Shown here: piece after piece, positions 49,828 through 60,066 of the stretch
Layout: every line of letters begins with the position of its first letter
How positions within the stretch are numbered: the stretch's first letter is position 1
Assembly (NCBI GenBank): GCA_910589195.1
Contig: CAJUTC010000005.1
Span: 23,957-87,956 of the forward strand
DNA: 64,000 nucleotides
Direction: 5' to 3'
Origin: an uncultured Lachnospiraceae bacterium
Lineage (GTDB): Bacteria; Bacillota; Clostridia; Lachnospirales; Lachnospiraceae
Notes under the pieces: model-generated
The model's input: the letters and a program-made list of their open reading frames with translations, nothing else
The model's database searches: none
What the model was told of the DNA's origin: nothing
Position numbers and translations under genes: made by a program

Positions 49828-50253
49828 TTACGGAAGAACGCCTTGGAACATCTGATCCATCTCCAGATACGTCTTTTTCAGGGAAACCGGCTTACCGTCA
49901 CGGCCCAAGAAACAATGTTTGGTTTCTCCCACACACCGCAATTCCCCTGTTTCTTTATCAGTTACGGAATACTCAATGGTCATTTTAATTCCGTTGTAAG
50001 ATTTTAACAGCGGGATAATCAGAACCGTATCGCCAAACCGGGTCATCGATTTATATTCGCAGGTAAGGGACAGGACCGGGCTGATAATGCCATGTTCCTC
50101 CATCTCCTCATAGCCGATCCCCATCTGCTTCATTAAATCGGTCCTGGCTTCCTCAAACCACCGGATGTAATTGGAATGATGGATAATCCCCATCTGATCC
50201 GTTTCATAATACTGGGTTTTGTGTTCGTAAGCCTTTAATTTCAATTCAATCAT
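49828..50253 (-). CDS. Acyl-CoA thioesterase (YbgC/4HBT family)
   Basis: YYETDQMGIIHHSNYIRWFEEAR. Confidence 0.9.
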   Translation of the reverse strand: MIELKLKAYEHKTQYYETDQMGIIHHSNYIRWFEEARTDLMKQMGIGYEEMEEHGIISPVLSLTCEYKSMTRFGDTVLIIPLLKSYNGIKMTIEYSVTDKETGELRCVGETKHCFLGRDGKPVSLKKTYLEMDQMFQGVLP

Positions 50254-50336
50254 CTCCTACATTAAACTTGGCTGCATCGCCCTTAAGCGGATAAACGGAC
50301 CTGCGCCCTTATCCGCTGAGGGTAGTATAACATAAA

Positions 50337-50362
50337 AAAGAGGGCCTTTCCAGTCCCTCTTT
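50337..50362 (-). terminator. Rho-independent terminator of carboxypeptidase
   Basis: AAAGAGGG / CCCTCTTT stem plus T run on the minus strand. Confidence 0.6.
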
Positions 50363-50471
50363 CTATTTTGCCCTCTTTCTCCATAAGTCTTGGTTGTTCT
50401 TTGGATGATGGCCTTTCAATCATTTAACCATGCTTTCGTTTTCCACACCTTCATATGCCGGCGGCGGATGT

Positions 50472-51968
50472 TTATTGCAAATGATAAAGGTCTTGGTATT
50501 TTTCTTTTAAATATTTTATATAATATTCCGGGTTAAAGTCCTCACCTGTAGTATCTTTCAGAATCGTCCTGCTATCTTTCAGCTTCCCGTACTGATGGAT
50601 ATGTTCTTTTAAATACTCCCGAATGGCGCCTACTTTCCCGTCTTCCAAAAGTCCGTCAAAATCCATTTCCTTCTTCATATGATAGTAAAGCTGTGCGCCG
50701 AACGCACTTCCCAGCGCATAAGACGGAAAATATCCAAAGGATCCCTGGGACCAGTGGATATCCTGAAGAACGCCTTCTTTATCACTTTCAGGACGGATGC
50801 CTAAATATTCCTCATATTTATCTGCCCACATTTTAGGCAGATCTTCCACTGCCAGTTCCCCCTCGATTAATTCCTTTTCCAATTCATACCGGATCAGTAC
50901 ATGAAGGCTATAGGTCAATTCATCTGCCTCTGTCCGGATTAACCCTGGTTCCGCCTTATTTACTGCCCGTACAAACATATCCAGACCAATATCAAATAAG
51001 GACTCCGGGAATGCTTCCTGCAGTTTTTCGTAAATGGGAACCCAAAAGCTCTTGCTGCGCCCGATTATATTTTCAAAAAACCGGGATTGGGATTCGTGCA
51101 TTCCCATAGATGCCCCCTGGCCTGCCAGGGTTTGGGTTAAATCGTCACAGATTCCCAGCTCATACACAGCATGGCCTGCTTCGTGAATAACAGAAAACAG
51201 GGAGCTGTCCAGATTATCATTATAATGGGTGGTAATACGCACATCTTTGTTGTGAAGATTGGTGGTAAACGGATGGGCGCTGGTTGCCATCACTCCCTTT
51301 GAAAAATCAAATCCCACATATTCTGCCAGGAACCGTCCGATTTTCTCCTGCTGGGCATCTGAAAAATCCCCGGTAAGGAAATCATCCCGTATCAAAACTT
51401 TGCTGGCTTTTACGGCTTTCAGCAAAGGAACCACCTCTTTTTTGATCAAACCGAAAAATTCATCTAAAAGCTCTATGGTAAATCCTGGTTCATATTCGTG
51501 GAGCAGAACATCGTACTTTTTCTGCTCCTCCTTTGCCTGGTATCCGGCAAATTTTTTCTGGAATTCAATTACTTTTTTTAATATTGGGGCAAACTTCCCA
51601 AAATCATCCGCTTCTTTGGCTGCCGCCCAGATACGGGCAGAGTCGGAAACCAGGCGCGCAAATTCCTGGTATTCTTCCTTTGGAATGCACTCCAGCTTTT
51701 CCAACTCATTGGAAAGCTCTCTAACTTGCGCTGTTTCTTCCAAAGTCAGGGTGCCATCTTCTTTGCAGGCCTTTACCAGTTCCTTTACCTGATCATTATT
51801 GACCGCCTGAAAATACTCGCCTGATAAAATGCCGATTACATTTCCTGTCAGCTCTCCCGCTTCTTTTGGCGCTAAGGTTTCATTGTCCCACTCAAACAAA
51901 GCCAGCGCTGTCTTAAGCGCCATCGCGCGATCCAAATGGGTCTTTAGCGCATCAAAATGTTTGCTCAT
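50472..51968 (-). CDS. Carboxypeptidase M32 family
   Basis: HPF, DVRITT, HEAGH, HESQS, IRTEAD, GVLQDIHW, GYFPSY. Confidence 0.93.
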   Translation of the reverse strand: MSKHFDALKTHLDRAMALKTALALFEWDNETLAPKEAGELTGNVIGILSGEYFQAVNNDQVKELVKACKEDGTLTLEETAQVRELSNELEKLECIPKEEYQEFARLVSDSARIWAAAKEADDFGKFAPILKKVIEFQKKFAGYQAKEEQKKYDVLLHEYEPGFTIELLDEFFGLIKKEVVPLLKAVKASKVLIRDDFLTGDFSDAQQEKIGRFLAEYVGFDFSKGVMATSAHPFTTNLHNKDVRITTHYNDNLDSSLFSVIHEAGHAVYELGICDDLTQTLAGQGASMGMHESQSRFFENIIGRSKSFWVPIYEKLQEAFPESLFDIGLDMFVRAVNKAEPGLIRTEADELTYSLHVLIRYELEKELIEGELAVEDLPKMWADKYEEYLGIRPESDKEGVLQDIHWSQGSFGYFPSYALGSAFGAQLYYHMKKEMDFDGLLEDGKVGAIREYLKEHIHQYGKLKDSRTILKDTTGEDFNPEYYIKYLKEKYQDLYHLQ

Positions 51969-52052
51969 ATCCGCAATTCCTTTCTATGTTTGTTCTGCTT
52001 TTAGATCCTACCTCTTAATATGTTCCTATCTTGATTTTTTATGAATCTTTTC

Positions 52053-55000
52053 TCAATTCCATTCAGTCTTGCTGCCGTTCTTTCCTTTTGTTACCACCAG
52101 TTTTGTTTCGATCTGTTCTTTCAGCTCCGTTACATGGGAAATCAGGCCTACCAGACGTTTTCCGTCGGACAATTCACTTAAAATCCGAATGGCCTGCATC
52201 CTGGCCTCTTCACTTAAAGACCCAAAGCCCTCATCGATAAACATGGTATCCATCCGGATACTTCCTGCTGAATTTTGTATCATATCTGCCATTCCTAGCG
52301 CCATAGCTAACGCCGCGATAAAGGATTCTCCTCCGGAGAGTGTTTTCACATCTCTTATTTGGTTATTTACCAAGCTGTATACGTCCAAGTCAAGCCCCAC
52401 CTCACCTTGGGATCCTAATTCTTTCATGTCCCGGCACCTTAACAGGAATTGGCCAGACGACATCTGATACAAGCGCTTATTGGCTTCCTTAATTATCATA
52501 GAAAAATAGCTTCTTTGGATATACGTCTGAAAATTCATATGGCGCTGGCTTACTTTGCCGTTAGCCGTATCATCCAGACGTTTTACCAATTCATAGGCAG
52601 AGCGCAGCTTCTTTCTGGCATTCCACAAATCCGTACCGCGGCTTAAAACCCCGCTATTTTTTGTGTAAATATGGTATGCCAGACGGCTTTCTTTTTCCAG
52701 CTCCTTTTGAATCCTTCGCTCATGCTCTAATTTTTCTTCCAGGCCTTCTGTTTGAATCCGCTCCTTTCCCTGGATCTGCATGCGGCAGTGCGTAAGCCGC
52801 TCCTGGCTTTTGATCTGGTCTTCCCGGTATTCCAGGCAGCGCTCACTGGCCTCTTTCTGCCAATCTTCCGCCCTAAGCGCCAGACCGTATTCTTCACGGG
52901 ATGAAAATCCCTGCCCTTCCAGCTCACAAAAAAATTCTTCCTTCCCTTTTGCCACTTCCTGACACAGCCGTTCTCCATTAGAGGTTCGCACCGTAAGGCT
53001 GCCCTGGCAGGTTTTTATCTGCCCTTCCAATTCCTGGAACTGCCTGTCTGCCTCCTTGGCTCGTTCCTCTAGCTCCTTTTTTTCTTCCTGAGCCTGGCGG
53101 CAGGCTTTTATAGCCAGCTCTTTCTCTTTGTATTGAAGGGACTGTTCCATCAATTGAATCCGGGAAATAATAGAAGCTTTTTGAATTTCCAGCTCCTTTT
53201 GCTTCCGTTCCAGTTCCTCCTGTTTGGCCCTGTAACGTTCCTGAAGCTGTTCCAGATCTTCTTTTTCTTTTTTATGGAGCCCAAGCTGCTCCTCTGCTGC
53301 CTGAGCCTGCCTCCTGGCTTGTTCCTTTTCCTCTAACTCTTCCTGGCACCGGTTCCATGCCGCCTTCCCCAAATCATTTAATTCCTGTATGTTCTTTCCT
53401 TCTACCTGCATTCCCAAAAGGCGGCGTCCTTCATAATCCGCTACCTGCTTTTGGCCTTCGTATTGCTGGCGCTGTTTCTGAAGCCGTTCATAGACTTGCT
53501 GCATCTGTGTGGTTGCCTGCTGCATCTTCTGTTTTGCCAAGTCCAGATTCCTTCGCTCCACTGCCAGGCTACTCCCTTTCGCCGGGTTTGGATGATGGAT
53601 GGAACCGCAGACCGGGCAGGCAGATCCTTCTTTCAAAGAAGCGGCTAAAAAGCCGGCCTGGCCTTCCAGAAAACGGCTGTAGAGCGTTTCGTAATGGACC
53701 GTATTCTCCTTCACCTGCCAGTTAACATTCTCATACTCTTGTTCCTCTTCCTTTACCTGGTCTTGATACCTGGCTGCCAGCTTTAAGGAAGCTCCAAACT
53801 TTTTCAGATTTTCCTTTTGTTCCTTTAACATCTCGGTTTCATGTTCCAAAACCGGAAGTGTTTCTCGAAGCCCCTGTTCCCGCTCCATTAACGGCGTAAG
53901 CGCCTTTAACCGCTCCTTGCCCTTTAAAAGCTCTCGTTCCAACTCCACTTTTTGAGTAGAAAGGGCTGCCCTGGTCTGCTCCAATAACCTGCTCTGCCTG
54001 TTCAATTCCCCTAAGCGGTCATATTCTGCCAGGCTATCCTGAATTTTTTCAATCTTTGCCGTCAGCCTGGGGATAGCATCCCTAAGCGCTTCTTCTGCCT
54101 GCTCCTTTTGTTTTTGTGTGGCGCCCTTTTTTGCCTCTAGCTCAAAAAGCTGCTGCCCCAACTTGGCAATCTCCCTTTGGCATACGCTTGCATCTTTTTC
54201 CTTTTCTTTCCAATTCTCTTCTTTCCGCTTAACTTTAGACGCTCGTTTGGCTTGCTCCACCTCCATCCCCAGCTTATCCATCTCTTCTTTCCGGTCATCC
54301 AGCTTCCCGCAAGCTTTCAAAGCCTGATCAAACTGGACAAAAAGCTGCTTCTGCTCCCTTGCATGGCCAATAAGCTGATTTAAACTTTCCTGTTCCTTTT
54401 GGCAGGCCTCTAATCCCTTTCTCAATACAGTTTCTTTCTCCCAGGCCTCAGCCATCACACATTCCACCAGATTTAAAATCGGCTCAAACCCGCTTTCTGA
54501 AAAATGCTCTATTTCTTCCCATTCCGCCCCAAAGGCGCTTCCTGGAATCAATTCCACATCCTCCATTTCCCTCCGGAGTTTCTTTTTATTTTCTTCCAAT
54601 TCACCGGCTAAGACTTTCGCCCTGGCCCGCAATTCCTCTTCCATCGCGGAATAAATCCTGGTATTGAAAATCTTTGCGAAAATCTCTTTCCTCTCCTTTG
54701 AAGGCGCTTGAAGAAGTTTTAAAAAGTCGCCTTGGGCAATCATGGCAATCTGGGTAAACTGGTTTCCATCCAAACCCAGAATCGAAATCAGCTTTTGGTT
54801 CACCTCTCTGACCTTTCCCGGAAACACCGACTGATCTGGAAGAATCAGCTCCGCCTTTGGCGCTTCCTCCACAAGGGTACGAGTCCCGTCCTTATTCCGC
54901 CGCTTACTTGCCCGAAACTGCCTGGGATACCGGATCACCCGGTAATGCTCCCCCTTGTAACGGAATGTAAAGTCCACAAAGGTAGGCGTATCCTCTGAGG

Positions 55001-55208
55001 CATACTGGCTGCGCATCATTTCCCCTTCCCGCTTTCCTCCGCTGGTTTCCCCATACAAGGCAAAGGTAATCCCGTCAAAAATCGTCGTCTTTCCTGCCCC
55101 AGTATCCCCGGTAATCAGGAATACCCCATGATCCATTTTGCTAAAATCTATGGTTTCCACGCCGCCGTAAGAGCCAAAAGCTGACATGATTAATGAAACC
55201 GGTTTCAT
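52053..55208 (-). CDS. sbcC: Exonuclease SbcCD subunit C
   Basis: GDTGAGKTT Walker A, coiled coils with CPVCG zinc hook, LSGGE signature, FIDEGFGSL. Confidence 0.93.
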   Translation of the reverse strand: MKPVSLIMSAFGSYGGVETIDFSKMDHGVFLITGDTGAGKTTIFDGITFALYGETSGGKREGEMMRSQYASEDTPTFVDFTFRYKGEHYRVIRYPRQFRASKRRNKDGTRTLVEEAPKAELILPDQSVFPGKVREVNQKLISILGLDGNQFTQIAMIAQGDFLKLLQAPSKERKEIFAKIFNTRIYSAMEEELRARAKVLAGELEENKKKLRREMEDVELIPGSAFGAEWEEIEHFSESGFEPILNLVECVMAEAWEKETVLRKGLEACQKEQESLNQLIGHAREQKQLFVQFDQALKACGKLDDRKEEMDKLGMEVEQAKRASKVKRKEENWKEKEKDASVCQREIAKLGQQLFELEAKKGATQKQKEQAEEALRDAIPRLTAKIEKIQDSLAEYDRLGELNRQSRLLEQTRAALSTQKVELERELLKGKERLKALTPLMEREQGLRETLPVLEHETEMLKEQKENLKKFGASLKLAARYQDQVKEEEQEYENVNWQVKENTVHYETLYSRFLEGQAGFLAASLKEGSACPVCGSIHHPNPAKGSSLAVERRNLDLAKQKMQQATTQMQQVYERLQKQRQQYEGQKQVADYEGRRLLGMQVEGKNIQELNDLGKAAWNRCQEELEEKEQARRQAQAAEEQLGLHKKEKEDLEQLQERYRAKQEELERKQKELEIQKASIISRIQLMEQSLQYKEKELAIKACRQAQEEKKELEERAKEADRQFQELEGQIKTCQGSLTVRTSNGERLCQEVAKGKEEFFCELEGQGFSSREEYGLALRAEDWQKEASERCLEYREDQIKSQERLTHCRMQIQGKERIQTEGLEEKLEHERRIQKELEKESRLAYHIYTKNSGVLSRGTDLWNARKKLRSAYELVKRLDDTANGKVSQRHMNFQTYIQRSYFSMIIKEANKRLYQMSSGQFLLRCRDMKELGSQGEVGLDLDVYSLVNNQIRDVKTLSGGESFIAALAMALGMADMIQNSAGSIRMDTMFIDEGFGSLSEEARMQAIRILSELSDGKRLVGLISHVTELKEQIETKLVVTKGKNGSKTEWN

Positions 55209-56380
55209 GCTTCCTCCTCCTTTGCCTTCTGAATCACTTCCAGAATCAGCTCCTCTTCTTCCTGATTCATGGGAACCCCCTGGATTTCCTGGTAAAAGTT
55301 CCGGAAGGCTTCCATCGGATCCAGCACATGCGCCACCTGCGATTCTTCTGAAAGCTCCACCCTGCTTCGGCTGTTATCCACTTTCACCTCTAGCAGAAAT
55401 GGGTAGTATTCTTCCAACTGCTCCCTTGGCCGGAATCGTTCCGCTTCATCGGTTAACGTCACGGAGATAAAATCCTTCCGACGGTCTTTTTGCAGCTTTT
55501 TTGCCCGCTCTAATACTTCCTCCAAAGTTCCCCTTTCTTTCCTTACGTCCTGAACAGGAACAAGCGGGATGGTTTCAATCTTGGCTTCTTTTTCTTTTTC
55601 CTCTAATGTCACCATGGTAATGGACTTTTCCTGGCTGGCTTCACTGACAGAATATTTAAGAGGCGTTCCGCAGTAGCGGATACCCGGTTTTAACATCCAC
55701 TGGGAGCCGTGAAGATGCCCTAACGCCACGTAATCAAACTCTTTTACGCAAGATACGTCTACACTGTCGATCCCTCCCACCGAAATATACGCCTGCTCCG
55801 ATTCACATGTTTTGGGATACTGAGCTCCTGAAATATAAAACTGGTGGGACAGGAGTACATTCCGCTTTGTAAAATCAATTTCCTCCCGGCTAAGAATTTC
55901 TTCTATGGCCCTCTGGTAACTGACGCTGGTTCCTTCCGGGAACATGTGCCGCACATACCCCGGTTTTGTAAATGGAAGCAGGTACACAAACACCTCTCCG
56001 AACGAGTCCTGAAGCACTACCTTTTTTAAATGCTCCTCCTGGCCTTTAGGAGGGAACGTTGAAATATAAATCCGGTTCCGTTCCAAAAAAGAACTGGCAT
56101 ATTGGAGCCGCTCCGCTGAATCATGGTTTCCCGCAATCACGCAGACAGAAACCGGATGCTTACAATCTGCCAGGTCATTTAAAAATTCATCAAACACCGT
56201 ATAGGCTTCCCCGGAAGGCACCGATTTATCAAACACATCCCCCGCAATCAGGAGCGCGTCCGGGCAATATTGATCGATCTGCCTTACTATCTGTTTTAAG
56301 ATCAGCCTCTGGTTCTCTTTTAAATTATAAAAATGAAGCTGCTTTCCGATATGCAAATCGGAAATATGGAACAAACGCAT
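55205..56380 (-). CDS. sbcD: Exonuclease SbcCD subunit D
   Basis: SDLHIG, AGDVFD, GNHDS, SHQF, ALGHLH, YSVSE. Confidence 0.94.
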   Translation of the reverse strand: MRLFHISDLHIGKQLHFYNLKENQRLILKQIVRQIDQYCPDALLIAGDVFDKSVPSGEAYTVFDEFLNDLADCKHPVSVCVIAGNHDSAERLQYASSFLERNRIYISTFPPKGQEEHLKKVVLQDSFGEVFVYLLPFTKPGYVRHMFPEGTSVSYQRAIEEILSREEIDFTKRNVLLSHQFYISGAQYPKTCESEQAYISVGGIDSVDVSCVKEFDYVALGHLHGSQWMLKPGIRYCGTPLKYSVSEASQEKSITMVTLEEKEKEAKIETIPLVPVQDVRKERGTLEEVLERAKKLQKDRRKDFISVTLTDEAERFRPREQLEEYYPFLLEVKVDNSRSRVELSEESQVAHVLDPMEAFRNFYQEIQGVPMNQEEEELILEVIQKAKEEEA

Positions 56381-56455
56381 AATCCCTCCCGCTACAGCCT
56401 AAATGGCCTGCCCCTGTTGTCTGAATCGAACACAAACACATACTGTGGTCTTCCC

Positions 56456-56746
56456 CTACTGGAATTGTATTTTAATCGAAGAAATTCTTCCTGTTATCAA
56501 CGCGGTCTTTCCATCCAGGCTCCTGGGAACCTCGATTGTGGACTCCGTGTGAACCTTTACGTCAAAAATCATGCCGTTCTTTCCTCCTTTTGCCCGGAGC
56601 GGCTCCTTTTCGTCTGATAAATGCAACGTAAATTCCCCCATCCAAAGACCATAAATCTTCCTCCCCTTTTTGTTTAGATTATATTCTTTGGGAACCCTTA
56701 ATTTAGTACCCACAACTTTTTCCTCTGCTGAACCAATCGCAAACAT
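56456..56746 (-). CDS. Small basic protein with MraZ/AbrB-like pattern
   Basis: AAAGGAAGG SD, 96 aa; sequence pattern colinear with both MraZ swapped-hairpin repeats (judged by eye). Confidence 0.6.
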   Translation of the reverse strand: MFAIGSAEEKVVGTKLRVPKEYNLNKKGRKIYGLWMGEFTLHLSDEKEPLRAKGGKNGMIFDVKVHTESTIEVPRSLDGKTALITGRISSIKIQFQ

Positions 56747-57029
56747 TTCTGTCCTTCCTTTCTTCTTTTTGTCACATCTATTGTTCTGTCCAGTTATATT
56801 TCACAAACCAAATCGGTCTATTTCTGATTGTCCGTCTTCTTTCTTGAACTACAAAACCTGTCACGCCTAAGGGACGCGTATTCGGTTTCATTCATGAATT
56901 TTACCATTAAGGCGGAAAAATATCCAGTATTTTTGTAAAACTTTATGTATTTTTCATTTTCTTCTTTTAAAATTTTGATAAATCTATTATGATAGTAGAA
57001 GAACAGATATTTTATTTTGGAAGGAGCTG

Positions 57030-58361
57030 TTGAAACCGTTGAAAAAGCCATTGAACCTTAACATTCAAGAGCCAAAGTCAGAAAACTATAAGGATCCTCA
57101 AGTTACCCGGAAGCAAAAATTTCTCTTTTTGGCATTAATTCCTACTTATTTTATTCTTGTGGGCTTGATTTTCCAAACCCCAAACCAAATCCTGTCCGGT
57201 ATCAAAACGATAATCGCAGAACCAGACTTTCTGATAACCGACTACTTTCTGATCGGCGGAGTCGGCGCTGCCTTCGCAAACGCCGGTCTTCTCACCTTGA
57301 TGAGTATTCTGATGATTTATATTCTGGATATGGACATGGACGGCCATACCATCACATCTTGCTGCCTTATGTTCGGCTTCTCTTTATTCGGGAAAAACCT
57401 GTTTAATATCTGGGCAATTCTTTCCGGAATCTTTTTGTACGCAAAATACCACAAAACTTCTGTCAGGCGGTATCTCTATATTGGTCTTTACGGAACCAGC
57501 CTTTCCCCGATCATTACCCAGGTCATGCAGATTCCCGGCCTTCCCATCGTGTTCCGTTTTATCTTGTGCATCGCTGTAGGAGTCTTAATCGGTTTTGTGC
57601 TGCCACCCCTGGCAACTCATGTCCATTTTGCCCATAAAGGCTACTCCCTCTATAATGTAGGCTTTGCCTCTGGCATTATCGCTACGGTAATCGTATCTCT
57701 TTTCAAATCCTTTGGCATCGAAACAGCGTCCCGCCTCATCTGGTCAACTGGGCAGAACGGGAGTTTTGCCGTGATTTTAGGCATTTTGTTTGGCGGCATG
57801 GTGTTATCCGGCCTGCTGTTTGGCCGGACGGAAGGCCTAAACAACTATTTTGCCCTATTAAAACACAGCGGTTTGGGCGTAGACTATTTGAAAGAATACG
57901 GCGGCCCTGCTACCATTATTAATATGGGCCTTAACGGCCTGTTCGCCACAGTCTTCGCAATCGCTGTAGGCGGCGATCTAAACGGCCCCACAATAGGCGG
58001 TATTTTTACAATTGTGGGATTTAGCGCCACCGGCAAACATATCCGCAATATATTTCCCATCATGTTCGGCGTGTTTGTGGCAAGCCTGACAAAAGAATGG
58101 AACATCTACGACCCTTCGCCCATGCTAGCCCTGCTCTTTTCCACTACCTTAGCTCCCATTGCCGGTGAATTTGGTGTTCTTGCCGGCCTAATAGCCGGAT
58201 ATCTCCACTCTTCGGTGGCACTAAATGTGGGAATCGTTTATGGCGGAATGAACCTTTATAACAATGGCTTCGCCGGCGGAATCGTGGCCATCTTTATGGT
58301 TCCGGTAATCCAGTCTATCTTGGATCGCCGGGCAAAGGCCAGAGGCGGCCTTTCCCTATAA
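57030..58361 (+). CDS. DUF1576-like polytopic membrane protein
   Basis: LITDY..GG.GAAF.N, FGFSLFGKN, GYSLYNVGF, GKH..N, GMNLYNNGF internal repeat; AAGGAG SD; exact TTG start uncertain. Confidence 0.8.
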   Translation: MKPLKKPLNLNIQEPKSENYKDPQVTRKQKFLFLALIPTYFILVGLIFQTPNQILSGIKTIIAEPDFLITDYFLIGGVGAAFANAGLLTLMSILMIYILDMDMDGHTITSCCLMFGFSLFGKNLFNIWAILSGIFLYAKYHKTSVRRYLYIGLYGTSLSPIITQVMQIPGLPIVFRFILCIAVGVLIGFVLPPLATHVHFAHKGYSLYNVGFASGIIATVIVSLFKSFGIETASRLIWSTGQNGSFAVILGILFGGMVLSGLLFGRTEGLNNYFALLKHSGLGVDYLKEYGGPATIINMGLNGLFATVFAIAVGGDLNGPTIGGIFTIVGFSATGKHIRNIFPIMFGVFVASLTKEWNIYDPSPMLALLFSTTLAPIAGEFGVLAGLIAGYLHSSVALNVGIVYGGMNLYNNGFAGGIVAIFMVPVIQSILDRRAKARGGLSL

Positions 58362-58673
58362 CCTTGTCTTTGCATAAAAACTTTGCCGTAAAAACTTGTA
58401 TATCCCCGATAAACGGACACCTCCTGCCAGGCTGCTTATCCTAGTGTTCACATAAAAATCCTTGCACATCTCCGATTCCTTTGTGCCGCCAGGATCGCTT
58501 CATATAAAAGAATCCTGCTATGGACTGTTGTTAAATAGAAAATCCAAAGGATTTTCCAATATAAGATCAAGCAGGGCTGTTCCAATCGCCATTGCCGCAA
58601 TTGAAACAGCCCTTTCTCTCAATCTATCCTTTTTCATACGTTCGGAATCCTCTTGCGTTTCAATTCTCAAACG

Positions 58674-60029
58674 TTACCTGTCCTGTTGCACCTGCTCATT
58701 TTCCTTTTGCAGGCTTCCTCTTTGAATCTTCCAAAACCCCGCCAGATCCGCTAACAGCCATCCGATGGGAATGGCCCACCAGATTCCAAGCACACCGATA
58801 GCCGGAAAGGGCGACAGGCAATATGCCAAAGCCACCCGGGTTCCCAAAGAAATTACTGTCAAAACCAACGACATTTCCGGCTGGCCAATTCCCCTGAAAT
58901 ATCCATACAGAAGGAACAAAATCCCAATCCCACAGTAAAAGGCTCCTTCGATCCGAAGGTAAGATACCCCAATCTGAATCAGTTCCCTCTCTTTTCCATC
59001 AATAAATATCCGCAGCAGCCATGGAGCCAGTCCATATACCAGGGCAGATACTCCAACGCAAAAAAGCATCGATGCCAAAACTGCGCTTTTTATTCCCTCT
59101 TTCACCCGATCCTTCCGAGCTGCCCCATGGTTTTGAGATGTAAAGATAGAAAAAGCATTTCCAAACTCCTGAGCTGGCATATAGGCAAAGGAATCAATTT
59201 TTACTCCCGCCGCAAAGGCCGCCATTACTGCCGGTCCAAAGCTGTTCACCAGACCTTGAATCATTAAAATTCCAAAGTTCATTACCGACTGCTGGACGGA
59301 TGCCGCTGCCGAAAAGCGCAAAACTTCCCGGACAGCCCCTTTTTCCCAACACAGTTCCGTTCTTTTTGGCCTTAGCCCTGGTTCTTTTATCCAGGTATAA
59401 ATTCCAATACCAATGCCGGAAAATGCCTGGGCAATCACTGTTGCCTCTGCCGCCCCTTGAATTCCCCGCTTAAAATTAATTACAAACAGCAAATCCAGAA
59501 CAATATTCAAACAAGCCGCGCCGCCTAAAAACCACAGCGGCGTTACCGAATTTCCCACTGCCCGAAGCAAAAAGGCAAAATAATTATATAAAAATACAAA
59601 TACAATGCCGGCAAAAATAACGGCCACGTACTCTTCCATCATAGCGAAAAGTTCAGCAGGCACACGGAGAAGATACAAGATCTGCCTCATTCCAGCATAC
59701 GCGGACAAGTTCATCACTACCGCTGCCAGGCCAATCAGCACAAAAGCGATGGCCATGCTGTTTTTCATTCGCCTCTCATCTTTTCTTCCGAAATAAAAGG
59801 AATACACGGATCCGCTTCCCATGCAAAGACCAATTAAAATGGAAGTTAAAAATGTCATCAATGTATAAGCGGAGCCTACCGCCGCCAAGGCATCCGGCCC
59901 TAAAAAACGGCCTACAATCAGCGTATCCGCAATATTATAGCACTGCTGAAGCAGATTGCCCAGTATCATAGGACCAGCAAACTTCAGCATCACCGTCATT
60001 ACATTTCCTTCTGTTAAATCTTTTTTCAT
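58674..60029 (-). CDS. MATE family efflux transporter
   Basis: DLTEG, PMILGNLLQQ.YN.AD..IVG, LRAVGNS..PL, SQNHGA, GIWWAIPIGW. Confidence 0.92.
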   Translation of the reverse strand: MKKDLTEGNVMTVMLKFAGPMILGNLLQQCYNIADTLIVGRFLGPDALAAVGSAYTLMTFLTSILIGLCMGSGSVYSFYFGRKDERRMKNSMAIAFVLIGLAAVVMNLSAYAGMRQILYLLRVPAELFAMMEEYVAVIFAGIVFVFLYNYFAFLLRAVGNSVTPLWFLGGAACLNIVLDLLFVINFKRGIQGAAEATVIAQAFSGIGIGIYTWIKEPGLRPKRTELCWEKGAVREVLRFSAAASVQQSVMNFGILMIQGLVNSFGPAVMAAFAAGVKIDSFAYMPAQEFGNAFSIFTSQNHGAARKDRVKEGIKSAVLASMLFCVGVSALVYGLAPWLLRIFIDGKERELIQIGVSYLRIEGAFYCGIGILFLLYGYFRGIGQPEMSLVLTVISLGTRVALAYCLSPFPAIGVLGIWWAIPIGWLLADLAGFWKIQRGSLQKENEQVQQDR

Positions 60030-60066
60030 ATTAAATTCAGGAAACCCTTTTTGATTCCCCAGCCTG

